DNA of 62,876 nucleotides, filler included, from Nemertoderma westbladi (lineage: Eukaryota > Animalia > Xenacoelomorpha), in the NCBI GenBank assembly GCA_032718475.1. It is 3 parts of 3 records of this genome, joined end to end, with 100 filler letters (N's around TTAATTAATTAA, not from the genome) between each part and the next. Parts side by side here need not be neighbours in the genome. Positions count along the whole stretch, not along the records: positions 1 to 31,750 come from JAUCBJ010003559.1; 2 more parts are not named here. One strand, given 5' to 3'. This document shows positions 11,347 to 23,800 of the stretch, one piece after another (the stretch's first letter is position 1; each line of letters begins with the position of its first letter). The translations under genes and the position numbers were made by a program. The notes beneath the pieces are model-generated. The model saw only the letters and a program-made list of their open reading frames with translations. It was not told the origin of the DNA and made no database searches.

Positions 11347-13956
11347 CCCTTTGAGGACCGCAAGGGTTCCAGAAGTGCCACATTTGATTCAAGTGAATAT
11401 TTGGGGTCAAGACCCATATAAAAACATAAAAACAAAAGGACTTTGAAAAATTTCAATGCCTTCATAGAAATCTGAGCCGGGATCCCGGAGTCCCTATGGT
11501 CCTTAAGGTGAACCTGGGCATTTTTCAATAAAATCAACGAAAAGGTAGAAATTGTTGGAAATTATGATGAACTGGTCAGTCCAAAATAGCTGGCAGTATA
11601 TGTGTACACAAAAACGTGCCAAGAAGAAGGTCCAAGGTTTTAGGAATTCCTGGAAATTCTGAAAAACAGCAGAAATTTCTGAAAAAAATTTAAAAAAATT
11701 AACGATTGCGAAAATAGCTAAAATTATTATTAACTGGAAAGTGGAAATGCAAGCTAGAGTAGGGCCATTATATTATATACCAAAGTAACAACTATTTTTA
11801 GTTAAACTAAATTTAGCACAGGTAGGCCGATAAACAATATAGGCTACTGAGAAAATTACAAAAGAATGAAATTATGAAAATTATTTATAACTGGAAATTC
11901 CCACTAAGAACTATTATATACAGGTACCGCCGGGTACCAATGTAACAATTATTGCAGATTATAATAGTAGAATCAATCTAGGCCCTATATAGTATAGATC
12001 TATATAGAAACCTATATAATCAAATTAGGCCTATACAACAGTTAAAGTTTAGACTAATTATGGTACTCTTCGAAGCAATTGCGAGCATTGATTCCGGGAT
12101 TAACGTGTTTGGGGGCCTCCACATAATACAGTAAAACTGTCAGGCTGTTAGTATATAAGTAACACACGTCATACTGTAAACCAATTGAGGGAAAGGAGCA
12201 GGTTACAGAGGCAGGCTTTTCTAACCAAAACAATAAACGGCCACTTTCTGACTTTACCACAGTACCGTTACAGTACGTGGAGGCCCTGAAACACGTTAGT
12301 CCTGCGATTCCAGATACAGAGATACAATGCAAAAATGTACTTGACAGGCTTTACATCTAATATTATCGATCTTCTGCTTAGCACACTGGGCACATCTGCC
12401 TCGCCCATCATCTAGCTGAGGCATGTGGGCATTCAGAGCATAAGAAACAATTGGTGGAAGAATCTTCTTGCGGTAATTGGTGGGAGCTTCCCTAGTACGG
12501 CTGCAGAAGTTTCCAATAGACACTGTCAGAAATCGAGATTAAGTTTATAATCTAGCAGTCGGGACTTTTCACTGGTTAGTTGTTCCTGGACTCGGAAGGA
12601 ATTAACAACACTGACATCCAATAGATCAAATATTAATCGTAAATAAAACCGGAACCTGGACTTTCGATACAACTCGTAGCTGGCCTTCATCTGATCACAG
12701 AGATCTACCCCACTCACGACTTGGTTGTAGACTTGGACTGATTTTGGACAATGTATGGACAGCTTATCAGAAGTCCCAGCTTGGTGGTTGGCGCCTCTTT
12801 ACAACTACAGTTTCTCTAGGGTTGATGAAATTATCCAACATATAAACAGAACGATATTATCAACCCACTTGGTGGCGACGAGTGATCCTGAGCACGCCAA
12901 CGCCAATCAATATCTCCTCTCTTAATTTCCTTATCATCTTTGAGCATATCAACAGGAAATTGTTTGCGGTTTACTCGACAAGTACCCACTTGATTGGCCT
13001 ACAAGTTAATTTCAGTTAATTTTTGGACAAGATTAGGACTAGTGAATAATTTATCAGAGCCAGAGGCAATGTAATGTAATGAATACCAGTAGTATAGCCT
13101 CAGGCCTAGGCTGCTAACCTATGCGCTATGTCCTGTATGAATAGAATATCTGAACATAGGCCTATATAACATTAAGTTACTAATAGTTGGGCCAAATTAT
13201 TACCTACAGCCGGCCCGGCCCTACTTAGCAGCCCTGGTTAGGCTGTTTAGCTACTAACAAGTAGCTAATTCAGTAATTGAATTCCGTCGGCAATAGGCCT
13301 GACTGCCAGACAGCTGATACAGTGACCGGTAAAGATGATTGAGAAAACGAACCACCTTAAATGAACGGGTAGGCTAAATTTGTAGACAATGAATGTATCT
13401 GTAAGGGCCATTAAACGCAGCCAATCATCGCCGATACCTTGAAAACACTGTCCGGTGTTCAGACAGGCATGTGCATTGAACAACAAGATGATGCAACCAA
13501 GCACATCCTGACTTTGGAGAACAAGGTACCGATGGCGACAGAAGTCCTGTTATTTCAGCTCATTTGATTAAAAAGTTACTTACGGACAGCGGGACTCCCA
13601 GATCCCGCAAACGGAAACAGCTGGCATTTTTTCCCTGTAATATGTATAAAAATTTTGTTTGTTGTTTTGAATAAAGGGAAGGTGTGTCTATTTAATTTCA
13701 GTAATTACTGCACTTAATGACTAATTGTATCAGAACTACAGTTCTCCAAACATTGTCAAAGTAAAAAAAATATTATTCAAATTTGAGATTATACAAAAAC
13801 TTAACAAATAATAAAATTTGTGAAATTTCGCTGGGATGAGTTGCTCTCATCTATAATTAGTCCACTAAAACAAATATTTCGTCCGAAGTGCGAAAATCAA
13901 CTTCAGGAGCTTAGCTTTTGTGTTTGGGACTCCGGAGTCCCGCAGTCCTCAAAGGG
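11347..13956 (-). mobile_element. piggyBac element, internally degenerate
   Basis: TTAA TSD (11343-11346, 13957-13960), 12-bp TIR CCCTTTGAGGAC, subterminal GGGA..CCGGAGTCCC repeats, transposase remnants inside. Confidence 0.92.
12296..13060 (-). pseudogene. piggyBac (PGBD-like) transposase, frameshifted C-terminal half
   Basis: Fragments DKLFTS, GTCRVNRKQFP, KWVD, YNQVVSGVDLCDQ and a Cys-rich tail RCAQC...CKACQVHFC spread over several frames. Confidence 0.88.
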
Positions 13957-15660
13957 TTAAGGCTGACTGGCCCCTGTAGGCATTTAGCAATTTTGATCGA
14001 ATCGTGGGAATGTGTTATTTATTTGCTGTAGGTTTTGCAGGGTACTTATCTTTACAGGACTTGCTGATAAATATAACACACCAAAAGTGTGGGCTTAGTG
14101 CAAAGATATAATATTTCTGATCTAGATTTGGACTTGCTGAGAAAGAAGTAATGTTCTTCGATAAGAGAACAGTCTCGGAAATAAGTACTTTTTATCACTA
14201 ATTTTAATTTACCCAAATTCAATTATGCTGTCCGACAGTTTTACGTTTTGCCAGAATTGCACCTAAAATGCCATCGTATGCAAAATGCAATACACGAGGG
14301 CAGAACATCTGAATTTCGGTTAAATTAGGGGGAGATGGTACCCCAGTACTTTTCATAAATATGAAAATTTTCGAAATTTTTTTTTTATTAATTCTAAATC
14401 AGAATTTAACGTAGATTTCAGAAATCGAAATCCTAACATGCCTAACAAATCCTAACTGTTTTTCTTTTTGTCTGTCTATTGGTCTGTTTTTCTGTTTGTC
14501 AACAAGTTATGGATATAAAAATATACACCACCTAACTAAAATAATTGCTACATGGGTTTTCGTGGTCGCGGATTTCATTTCCGGGGTCAGTTTTCAAATT
14601 TGACGTAATCTAGTTTGTCTGTCGGTCTGTCTGTCAAAAACATAACGAATCACACTACGTAAGGTTTTAAGGTCGGTGATTTCATTTCTGGTGTTATCTT
14701 TCCTGTTTGGAGGAGTCTATTATGCCTTTATATTTGTCTGTCAGTCGATCTGTCTGTACATACAGACAGACTTAAACAGACAGTCTCTGAGTCTAGGTTC
14801 ATGCAATTATTAAAAATGACATGGGAAATGGCGGGAAAATTAAGCGGGAAGGTTTGAAAACTTAAAATGCGTTTTTCTCAGCATCTTATTTTTCGTGAAA
14901 TTTCGAAATAAATGTACCGGTACCTTTTTCTCGAGAACGGCTTGATGGAATTGGCTGAAATTTTCGCAGCAGGTTTTTAGTAGTGAGACACAATTGTGGA
15001 ACCTCTAAAAACATATGTTTAAAACAATTATCAAATGTATTTCTAATATAAACTTCGAAAATGTGTCATTTTTGGTTTTTGGTGCAATTAAGTGACCCTC
15101 AAACATAGACACAAAAAAATTTCAATTTTTTTAGGTTCCAGGTGTGTCTCGATAGTTACTCCAACCTTCTGGAAATTTTCATGAAATTCCATCTTGTATT
15201 TAGCTGTTCTAGAAAGTTTTAAGTACATAACTACAAATAATTCCCCACAAATAAATAAAATTAAATTCTCCATTGTTCATAATTAGCACTTTAATGTTTT
15301 ACTGCCCATATTTTATTATTTCCCTGCTATCAGGTCTTGAACTAATAACACAAGCAAGCAGCTGTCGGTCGATTGAGCTACAATTTTGCAATTTCTACCA
15401 CAAATCTCAGAATCTAGTGATAGGAAATAGTCGAAAGATGCACTTTTGTTCTGTTTTCTAGAAATTTTAGTGAGAAAAAATGTGGACTTTTCAGATAAAA
15501 ATAATTTTTTTCACAGGAATGACTCGCTGAGAAAAAATGGCCCGTATTTTCGTCTGGCCCTAAGGCACGTGCCTTATATGCCTTAAGGTTAATCCGGCAC
15601 TGCAGATTTACACCATGTCCTGGAATATAGTGTCGCTATTCAGGTACAGGTACCTGCACC

Positions 15661-15692
<32 letters not shown>

Positions 15693-16771
15693 TTTTTTTT
15701 TCTACAAATCATAATGAGATTGCATGAAATTTGAAACAGAGTTAGTTTCATCACTGGAAAAACCATAAATATTAAATAAGATTAATAATAATTGTGTTTC
15801 ATTGTAATTACGTCATATCCAATTCCACAGTAACTAACGGCTTCACCCAAAAGAAGTAAGGTAGTTAAGTAGGAAGTAGGTAAAGAAGATATGAGGCCTC
15901 AGGTTGTACATCAAACGGTAAGTCAATGTATGTAGTCTTGAACCTAAGAGGGGCGAGCCGTTTGTTAAATTAATCCAACGAATTATATTCCTCAATTATT
16001 TTGCATATTCATGGAAATAAATTACTTAAGAAAGGATATAGGATGTCTTCAATACAGAAATCTCGGCAAACATAATCGCTATAACAAATAAGAATTTTCC
16101 TAGTACAGGATTATAATCTCAGGAAGTAATGGTTGTTGGTTAGGTTGGGTTAGGTTGGCGTAATAGTGGAACGGACAGTTATGTGGGCGTGAACAGCAAG
16201 TTGTATCCTTAGAAAATCGCCAACAATTCATATTGATTAACGACATCTGGTAATACCAGCTCTGGTGGAAGCTTAATAACATGGGAACATTACTCACGGA
16301 GGGTTGGTGCAAGGCATTAGCTAGACTTCTGCTGTACAGTAGTACATATTGTATATTAAATTAAGTACTCCATAGAAGAAGTGGCACTATTATGTGAAAT
16401 ATATTAGGAATTTTCTAATAGGTATATAGAGTACCGGGGGAATTTCACACCCCTTATATGGAATAGGTATTCCCATTAATGATTAAGCATTCCCTTGAAA
16501 ATACTAAGCATGTCCCGTCCCTTATGGAATAACAAATTGTTCCTCTTAAGGAACAAGTACGGGTCCCTACCGCTACCCTGAAACAGAAATATACCAATTA
16601 AACTTTCAACTCTCTAACCCCCATATAAAATCAAATTATGTTTAACAGGTACATGGACAGCCTAGTAAAAAACACATTTAATTCTTTTACATTGTGAGTG
16701 TAGACAATGTACAGTACACACCTCATGGCCCGCAATTATTACACTTATTCACACTGCAATCCCATTATCGT

Positions 16772-17175
16772 GAGACGCGGGGGGGGGGGGAGGGGGGGAG
16801 AGACTTGACGCAAATCCCATCTCGGCGAATTAATATTTCAACTTTCGTTGGGGGCAGCTCTGCAAAGTCGGCAATGACGTATCCAACTCATTGACGGCAA
16901 TGGTGACTTTGCAAAGCTGTGCCTAACGAATGTTATAATAGCATGAAACCATTCATCCACCCAAAACACCAATAATAAATAAATATTTCGCCTCAATGTT
17001 AAATCTATTTAGGGAAAGGAACAGGTTACAACGGCACGTTATTCTAACGAAAACAAACAAAATTAAATAGAATTAAACAGGATTGCAGTTCTATTTTTGG
17101 GTGTAATCAGCTGTTATTAGCGTCGATTTTGATTGGATTAATTTCGATTGCGTCGAAACTCCCCCTATCTATCTC
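16772..17175. mobile_element. Second copy of the 5345-5601 MITE-like family, with an internal foldback insertion
   Basis: Shares GGCGAATTAATAT, CGCCTCAATGTTAAAT, TAGGGAAAGGA.CAGGTTACA and the CCCCCTATCT end with the 5.4-kb copy. Confidence 0.6.
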
Positions 17176-17862
17176 GCACCAACTCGCTCATAACGCGCGG
17201 CACAGATGTTGAACGATAACATTCAAAGTTGACGGCTCACTTATAAGAATACCATAGTATAACCTAACACGGTGGCTCTCCCCATAAACCTTCCCAACCG
17301 CTGCGCTGTGGGATTTTATCGTTTACCGAACTCGTTCTTCTCAGTAACTTCCCGCTGTCAGGAACCGCCGGGGGTGAATGGAATTAAATCGGAATATATT
17401 GTGGCTACAGTTCCTTTTGGTAGCAAACTGCTCAATTCCATTAGCAGAGCCACCACCGGGAATCAGCTCGAACTCTTACTAATGACCGCATTAAAGTCAT
17501 GAAGCTGCAAACTAAAAAAATTCCACACATTTCGTAGAGTAGAGGCTCATATACTGTGTAACCCGATTATTGCGATAATCTCTTCATTTGAACAAACAAT
17601 TCAAATATTTGTTATAAGGGGAATGTATAGTGAGTGAATGTGATGAAATTATATGATGATAATAATAGCTTGTTGTTATAAATACAATGTTGTGTCAGGA
17701 ACTTGGAGTAAATGCGTTAGATTTATTACAAATTGTGTAGTTTTTTGTTTTTCGAATATAAAAATACCGTATTAAAAAACAGACTAAATTATGTACTTAT
17801 GTACAAAAGTAACTATTAACATTCTAAAAAAATAAAAATATGATAAAATAAATAGAGTAGAA

Positions 17863-20800
17863 TCAATCGTCCAACTGGCACAACATGGCGACGCCCCTGT
17901 TAACCCAATGACTCTGAGGTCTGTCACTAGGCAACGCAGTCCACATTACGAAGTTCGTAGAATGTCCGGTGGTGGACAGGATGCCTCGTCTGGCGCTGGT
18001 CTTATAGACCGGACAGTCGTAGACCGGTTTGGCTTTGAAGTCCCGTTTCTTCCCTGGTCTACACATGATCACCGGCATAGTGTCGAATAGAATCTTGGGT
18101 AACGACTCCCCTATCACCATAGACGAGCGGTCCCATCGCGCTCCCTCTATAAACAACCCGCGGACGTAGCAACCATCTTCCGGAGCTTCCTCCATCTCGT
18201 GTTCCTCTTCCAGCACATCGTACTCGAACCCGAGATGGTCGATCGGGATAGTGTACTTCCGAGCGAAATTCTGAGCGACGCCGGTTAAAAACGACTGCGT
18301 GAAATAAAAACCAGAAATCCAGAAGGTTGACGGAGCTCCGTTATCGATCCAATCGGATAAGAACTTCAATCGTTCCAGAAGATCTTTAACGTATCCTCCT
18401 AAGGGCTTCAAACTCGGGTAGCTTTTAGCCTGCCACATAGAGGGTTGTCTACCAACGAGCATAGAGTTAAACACATCCTCCAAATCGGCCGACATGACGA
18501 CGAGACCTTTAATCGCCTTGAGAAGATTCACTAAACTCGATCGAATCACCGAAGTCAACTTGTTGAAACGAATTAACTCCTGTCGCAGTACCGTATTCAT
18601 CGATTCTGTGTACTCAACCGGGTATTTCTTCATAACAACTTCCAAATCAAAATCAGCGGGAAGTTTACTCAGGATATCGGCGGATAGTTCTTCGATAATA
18701 TTTTGGGGCGACTTGCCTCCACCGCCAGACTGTCTCGGCAACGTCAGCAGAATGGAGTCGAATAGATCGGCGGTCTCCTTATTGTCTTTGGTTATATCCG
18801 CGTTCTCGTGCAGTCCAAACACCTCCGGGTTTGGTAGTAAGGGCAAACCCTTCAGGTATTCCACATACTTCTGGTATTTACCGTGTTTGGGAACTCGGTA
18901 CACACCTGAAGGGGAAAACTTGTATGGTTCTGAGTTGTCAGCGAGAACGTCTGTGTGATAAAATATTGAGAGAATAGAGATGAGCAACCGTCGATCTTTA
19001 TCGTCCGTGACCCGACCGCCGTAGTTACATTCCCCAGTGAGGTAGGTTAGCGCCTCCCAGGGTGTCTCCTCGTAATCGTTCAGCAACATCAACAACTGCC
19101 TCATGCTGATACGAAGATCGCTCTCATTGAACTCGTAAGGGATGTTCCAACCCAGAGGTCCGAACTTTCGCCTCTCCTGGACGATTCCGTGAAAGAAACA
19201 AAGCGAGAATAATAGGGAATGCCAGGCGGTCGGTTTGGTGCAACTGTCAAAGAACTGTGGGTCGGAAATTGGATCATTGAGGTATGATCGCATGAGGTTC
19301 GCCCGTAGACCCTTAGGCGCTTCGTTCGTCATCTTAACGCCATTCTGTAGGATACTGACAGGAAATTTGTCGCTGGGATAACTCGTTAGCCACAATCGAA
19401 AGTTCTCGTCTGTAGCCTCCGGTGTCACTGTCTCTTCGCATATCTTCTCCAAGGTCGACATCCAACTCGTTGCCAAGTGGCAATTCTGCAGGACGACCCA
19501 ATCCCCATTCTTTATTCCATTTTCTATTAACTTCTGCGCGATTGGTCCTTGACCCTGACCAAGAGAAACCGTTTTCACTTGCGACACCTTCAATCCTTTA
19601 TCCTCGGCAAATTTTAAAAGCGATGCCATTGGATCTGATCCTGGACTGAGAACAAAAATTAGAGGAGAGTAGCAATTCCCATCATTGAATGAGCCAACCA
19701 AATCAAAAGTAGGAGGTTCTATGAAGAACTTCCCGAGGTTGTTAACAATAAAATCTTGAACAGCAGGAACCACCTTGTCAGGCCGCAGCACTCTCAACAC
19801 AACCATTCGATCTAATCCCTTGAGCGCATTCCACTTGCCTGGATAAGTTTCATCCTGGGGCATTGTGCTATCATAAAACACCTTCCAATCAGTAATATTC
19901 TGAGATAAATCATCTTTAAATCCCTTCAAATTGCATAATTCCGAGGCTCGCACTATTTCGCCCCAACTCTTTTCGCCCAACCAATCAGAAGCGGGATTCG
20001 GGTAGGGATTATCGAGACCAACTCCTCCAGTCAGAAGGAACCTCCAAGTTTCTTCATCGACCAAATTTCTACCCTTCATGATGTTAATAGTCAAAATGAA
20101 AGAAAATAAAAGCTTGTCTTTCTCAAATAAAGATCGGCACACATTCTTGTAGATGCTTTCTGTAAAGTAATCATTGAGATAGTCTATACGTACATCAAGA
20201 TCAGTGGATGGTTTGCTGTTTTGTATAGCTAAGAGATAAAGGTTGATAAACCAGGTCAGAGAATATTGATACATTGGTTCTATATTTGCCAAATCACTAA
20301 TAGCGAAGAACAATATCGATGCATGGATAGAAACAGGTGTGTAGCCATTGCGAGTCGTATCAATCTCTTCCTCAGTTGCGGAAGCAATCTCTTGTTTCGC
20401 GGAGATTTCTTCAGAAAGTACCTTGGACGATGAAAGTACCTGAATTGCAACCTCGTCTTCTAGAATATTGCCTTGGGAGGAACTCAAAACTTCTAAAATT
20501 TTATCCTCAATTTCTTTCAATTGTTTTTTATTTTGCGCACTCTCTATGATGAGCACATTCTTCTTTTCTTCCAGTTCTGGTTTTTCCTTAGCAGCTACAA
20601 TGCCCAACAACTGATCCTGCAATCCCAATGGAGTAATCATAAAGTTTAATAGACAAACCTTCACAGACACCTCGGGCAAGTAATGTGGGTTCCTAAGTCG
20701 AGTAGTCACATAGAAGCGGAAATCTTTGCTGTATTCAATTACATTTTCACCTAAACGCATATACTCAACTCCCTGCTGCTTAAATGTTTGCTTCAGAAGG

Positions 20801-23800
20801 ATTGGTTCAAGCATTGGGTCCAACTCCTCCCCAATATTTTCCAAAAGAACGGGAGTTCCGAATTGAATAGAATTTTCCAATGTTCTTACATAATTTGTAT
20901 CACTCAACTTTATAACATTCAATTTGTTCAATTTTTCCATGTTCTTCACCCATTTATTGGCCTGTCCCTGTGGGTCTATCATGAGTGGCCATCTGCGACT
21001 ATTGCTCACAACAATCCCATTCTCAATGGAAAACGAATCTACTGGCAAACCAGCAATGTTCCACGCCCTGATTGCTACTGGCTCCCCCATTGTTGATGTC
21101 AGGGAAAATATTTTCGAACATGGAATTTTCTTCTCGGTACAGAGTGCTAGCCATTCTGTAGTTGCCCCCTGTCTGAAGTCCACAGTAAAAGCTCCTAAAT
21201 ACGCAACCACTCCGGCAGAAAGAAGAACATCGCCAGTAATATTGTAATACCTCTGTCCTAGCTCAGTCGCGTTCGAACTCCACCTCTCCTTCTCTCCACC
21301 AAGGCCACCGATAAGTTGCTCAGCTCGAACCAGCTTCTTAGCACACAAGTCAATATTGGCTTCCAGATCTGCTTTCTTTGCTGTTGTGTCATCCAGTTGA
21401 TCTTGTAGAAGTTGCAATTTGTCAAGAATTTCCTTCAGTTCCGCCCGCTTTCCTTCTAGTTTTTCCATCTGAATACCCAACTCCTCCTCTGCGCCTTGTA
21501 ACTTAATTTTCTTAGGAGCAACAACCTTAGCAACACGGTCATATACATCCATAGCACAGACCCACTTGCAAAGACCTTCACAAGCTGTAGAGATATTATG
21601 AATAATTTCAGGTTTAAAATCTGGATTTGGTATAAAAGTTGCGCGGATCTTCTTCATAACTGCTGGAGGAATATTGTCCTTATCATAGGCTCTAAGACTA
21701 TCTAAGAACTTCATATCACCCAGTATCTTCTGACTTGGACCCCAATAATCTTCGATCATCTTACCCGAACCACTGGGATCAGGTTTACGGTCTGGTTTAA
21801 CGCTTTTCATAATACAAACAGCTTCCATAACTAATTTTACTCCACCTGGTGGATTTTTAAATGCCTTCACCATATTTATATCTTGAGGTTTAAGTGTGTT
21901 AAGGGCCTGGAGAGCAGCTTCCAGAGCTGGCATTGCCACAGCTAAATCAGCATCACATTCATCCTTAACTTCCTTAGCTGCTGCTGCAGCCTCATTAGCG
22001 ACAGCTTCATCTGCAGCAACCACTTCTTTCTTGGCATCAACCTCAACTGAATCTTGCTCAATTTTAACCATAAGTTTCTCAGTATCAGCCTGTGCTGTTA
22101 TTAATTCCGGCTGCAAATCTCTTAGTTCCTGTTGCATGATAGATACCTGTGAAGCTGCAAAATCCAATTTCTCTAATCCTATCAAATACCTATTCTTTAA
22201 TGTCATTATTTCATTTCGTTTCTGAGACAAAAGCTTTTTAAAGGTTAAAATAAGTTCTAGGTAAGATGTAGGAGTGACATAATTGTGACGACGCAGTATA
22301 TCAAAGAACCTCTCTGATAAGGCACGCACAGATTCATGGAAATGCTTGCACATAAAAACACAAGATAGTCTGACATCATCTTCCAAATCAACTTCTTCCA
22401 GGAATGTGTTAGCAACTCGTTCAAGGGCATCTTCTGGCCAAGCTTGAAACCAATCAATGGTGCAACAATTAATCAGAGAAGGAAACATTCGAAGTCTGTT
22501 GCGAAAAGCATCTCCTATTGGTGACATGCTTAATACTACATGGAGGTTTGCTTTAACACGCTCTATAAAGTAATTATACAAGGCCAGTGGTGTTGCATCA
22601 ATTTTTCTCCCTTCATTTCTTGCAACAGTCTGCATTTTTTCAATAACTTCAGCTTTCTCGTCAGCAGGGAAGAGATTTGGAATATCAGCAGTATTAAGTA
22701 TCATGTTGACATCTTCCAGAAATGACTCTTGCTTTATTTGAGTGTCAGTGAACAGGAAAACAACCTGTTTTCCCTCACAACCTGCCTTTTGCATCATTTT
22801 TTTAATATCATCTCTCCATTCATTTGAACCATAGTTTTTAGTGATTTCAATTTGATACAAATCGTAATCTGCCATGAATGCCGCTAGTTTGCATGCACTT
22901 TGCCGGCCACTACCTCCAATCCCAACTAGAAGGACATGCCCATTGTCCTGTTTCAATACACGTGATATTCGAGAGACATGTTCTATGGCAAATTTGAACA
23001 TTACAAGAGACATTGGCGCTTTGCTAATTGTATTGTATTCATCAAGGTAACTTTCCATGGCTGATGTAAGTTCGTCAAAATCTACAACTTCATCATAAAT
23101 ACGAGGCACTGCGCCAGGTATCATGTAGTCACCAAAGAAAAGGCTTCGAATATTGTCATCAATTAATTTCCCAGAAGGAGACAAATGGCTTAATATCTTA
23201 TCAACCGACTGTTTGAAGTTATTGGCACACTCTTCTTTAACTATTCCAAAAAAAAGTTGTCTGTCATGGTCATCAATGAGTCGATCATAGAATACTCGAT
23301 AAATTTCGTGAACCCACAATCTAATGAGCTTATCACTTTCTGTTAAGTGAGTTTTAGGAACCAATAGAACTCCTTTAATTACACGAGAAAAATCTCTCAG
23401 GTTAAAAACATAATGTGATTTCGTTGGTGTTGGTAAGAAAGTTTCACACACTTTCCTATAAACAGCTAGAGTGCCAGAAACCATAAGCTTACCCAATCTC
23501 AGAAATGAAGTCTCAAAGCCCTTTGCAAAATGCCAATCTGCTATAGAAGTAAATATTTTAACCAGTGTAGCATCCTCAAACTCATCAATACAGACAATAT
23601 TAAGGTGCTGTGTCATACGAGAGGTAATGTCATTTCTCCCACCGCCTGGGGGACCCATTGCCGCTGCAAATCGTATATCAGCTAATTCCAGTCTAGATGT
23701 ATCCTTTTTGTCGTACCAGTTGCCAACATCGATCCACTGACGCAGTAATTCTATTGGTGGTTGAGCTCCGTATATCTCCTTTGCTGGCATGTTGAAATCA

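Larger units (their letters stand above)
10724..15602. mobile_element. Non-autonomous hAT-type DNA transposon carrying a nested piggyBac
   Basis: Perfect 14-bp TIR CAGTGCCGGATTAA. Perfect 8-bp TSD CAGATTTA (10716-10723, 15603-15610). Subterminal TGGCCCTAAGGCAC near both ends. Confidence 0.9.

Noticed and set aside
17330-17360. RNase P/MRP RNA, from a GGGAAGTTACTGAG resemblance to CR-I on the minus strand
   Set aside because: No matching CR-V/P4 partner found downstream.
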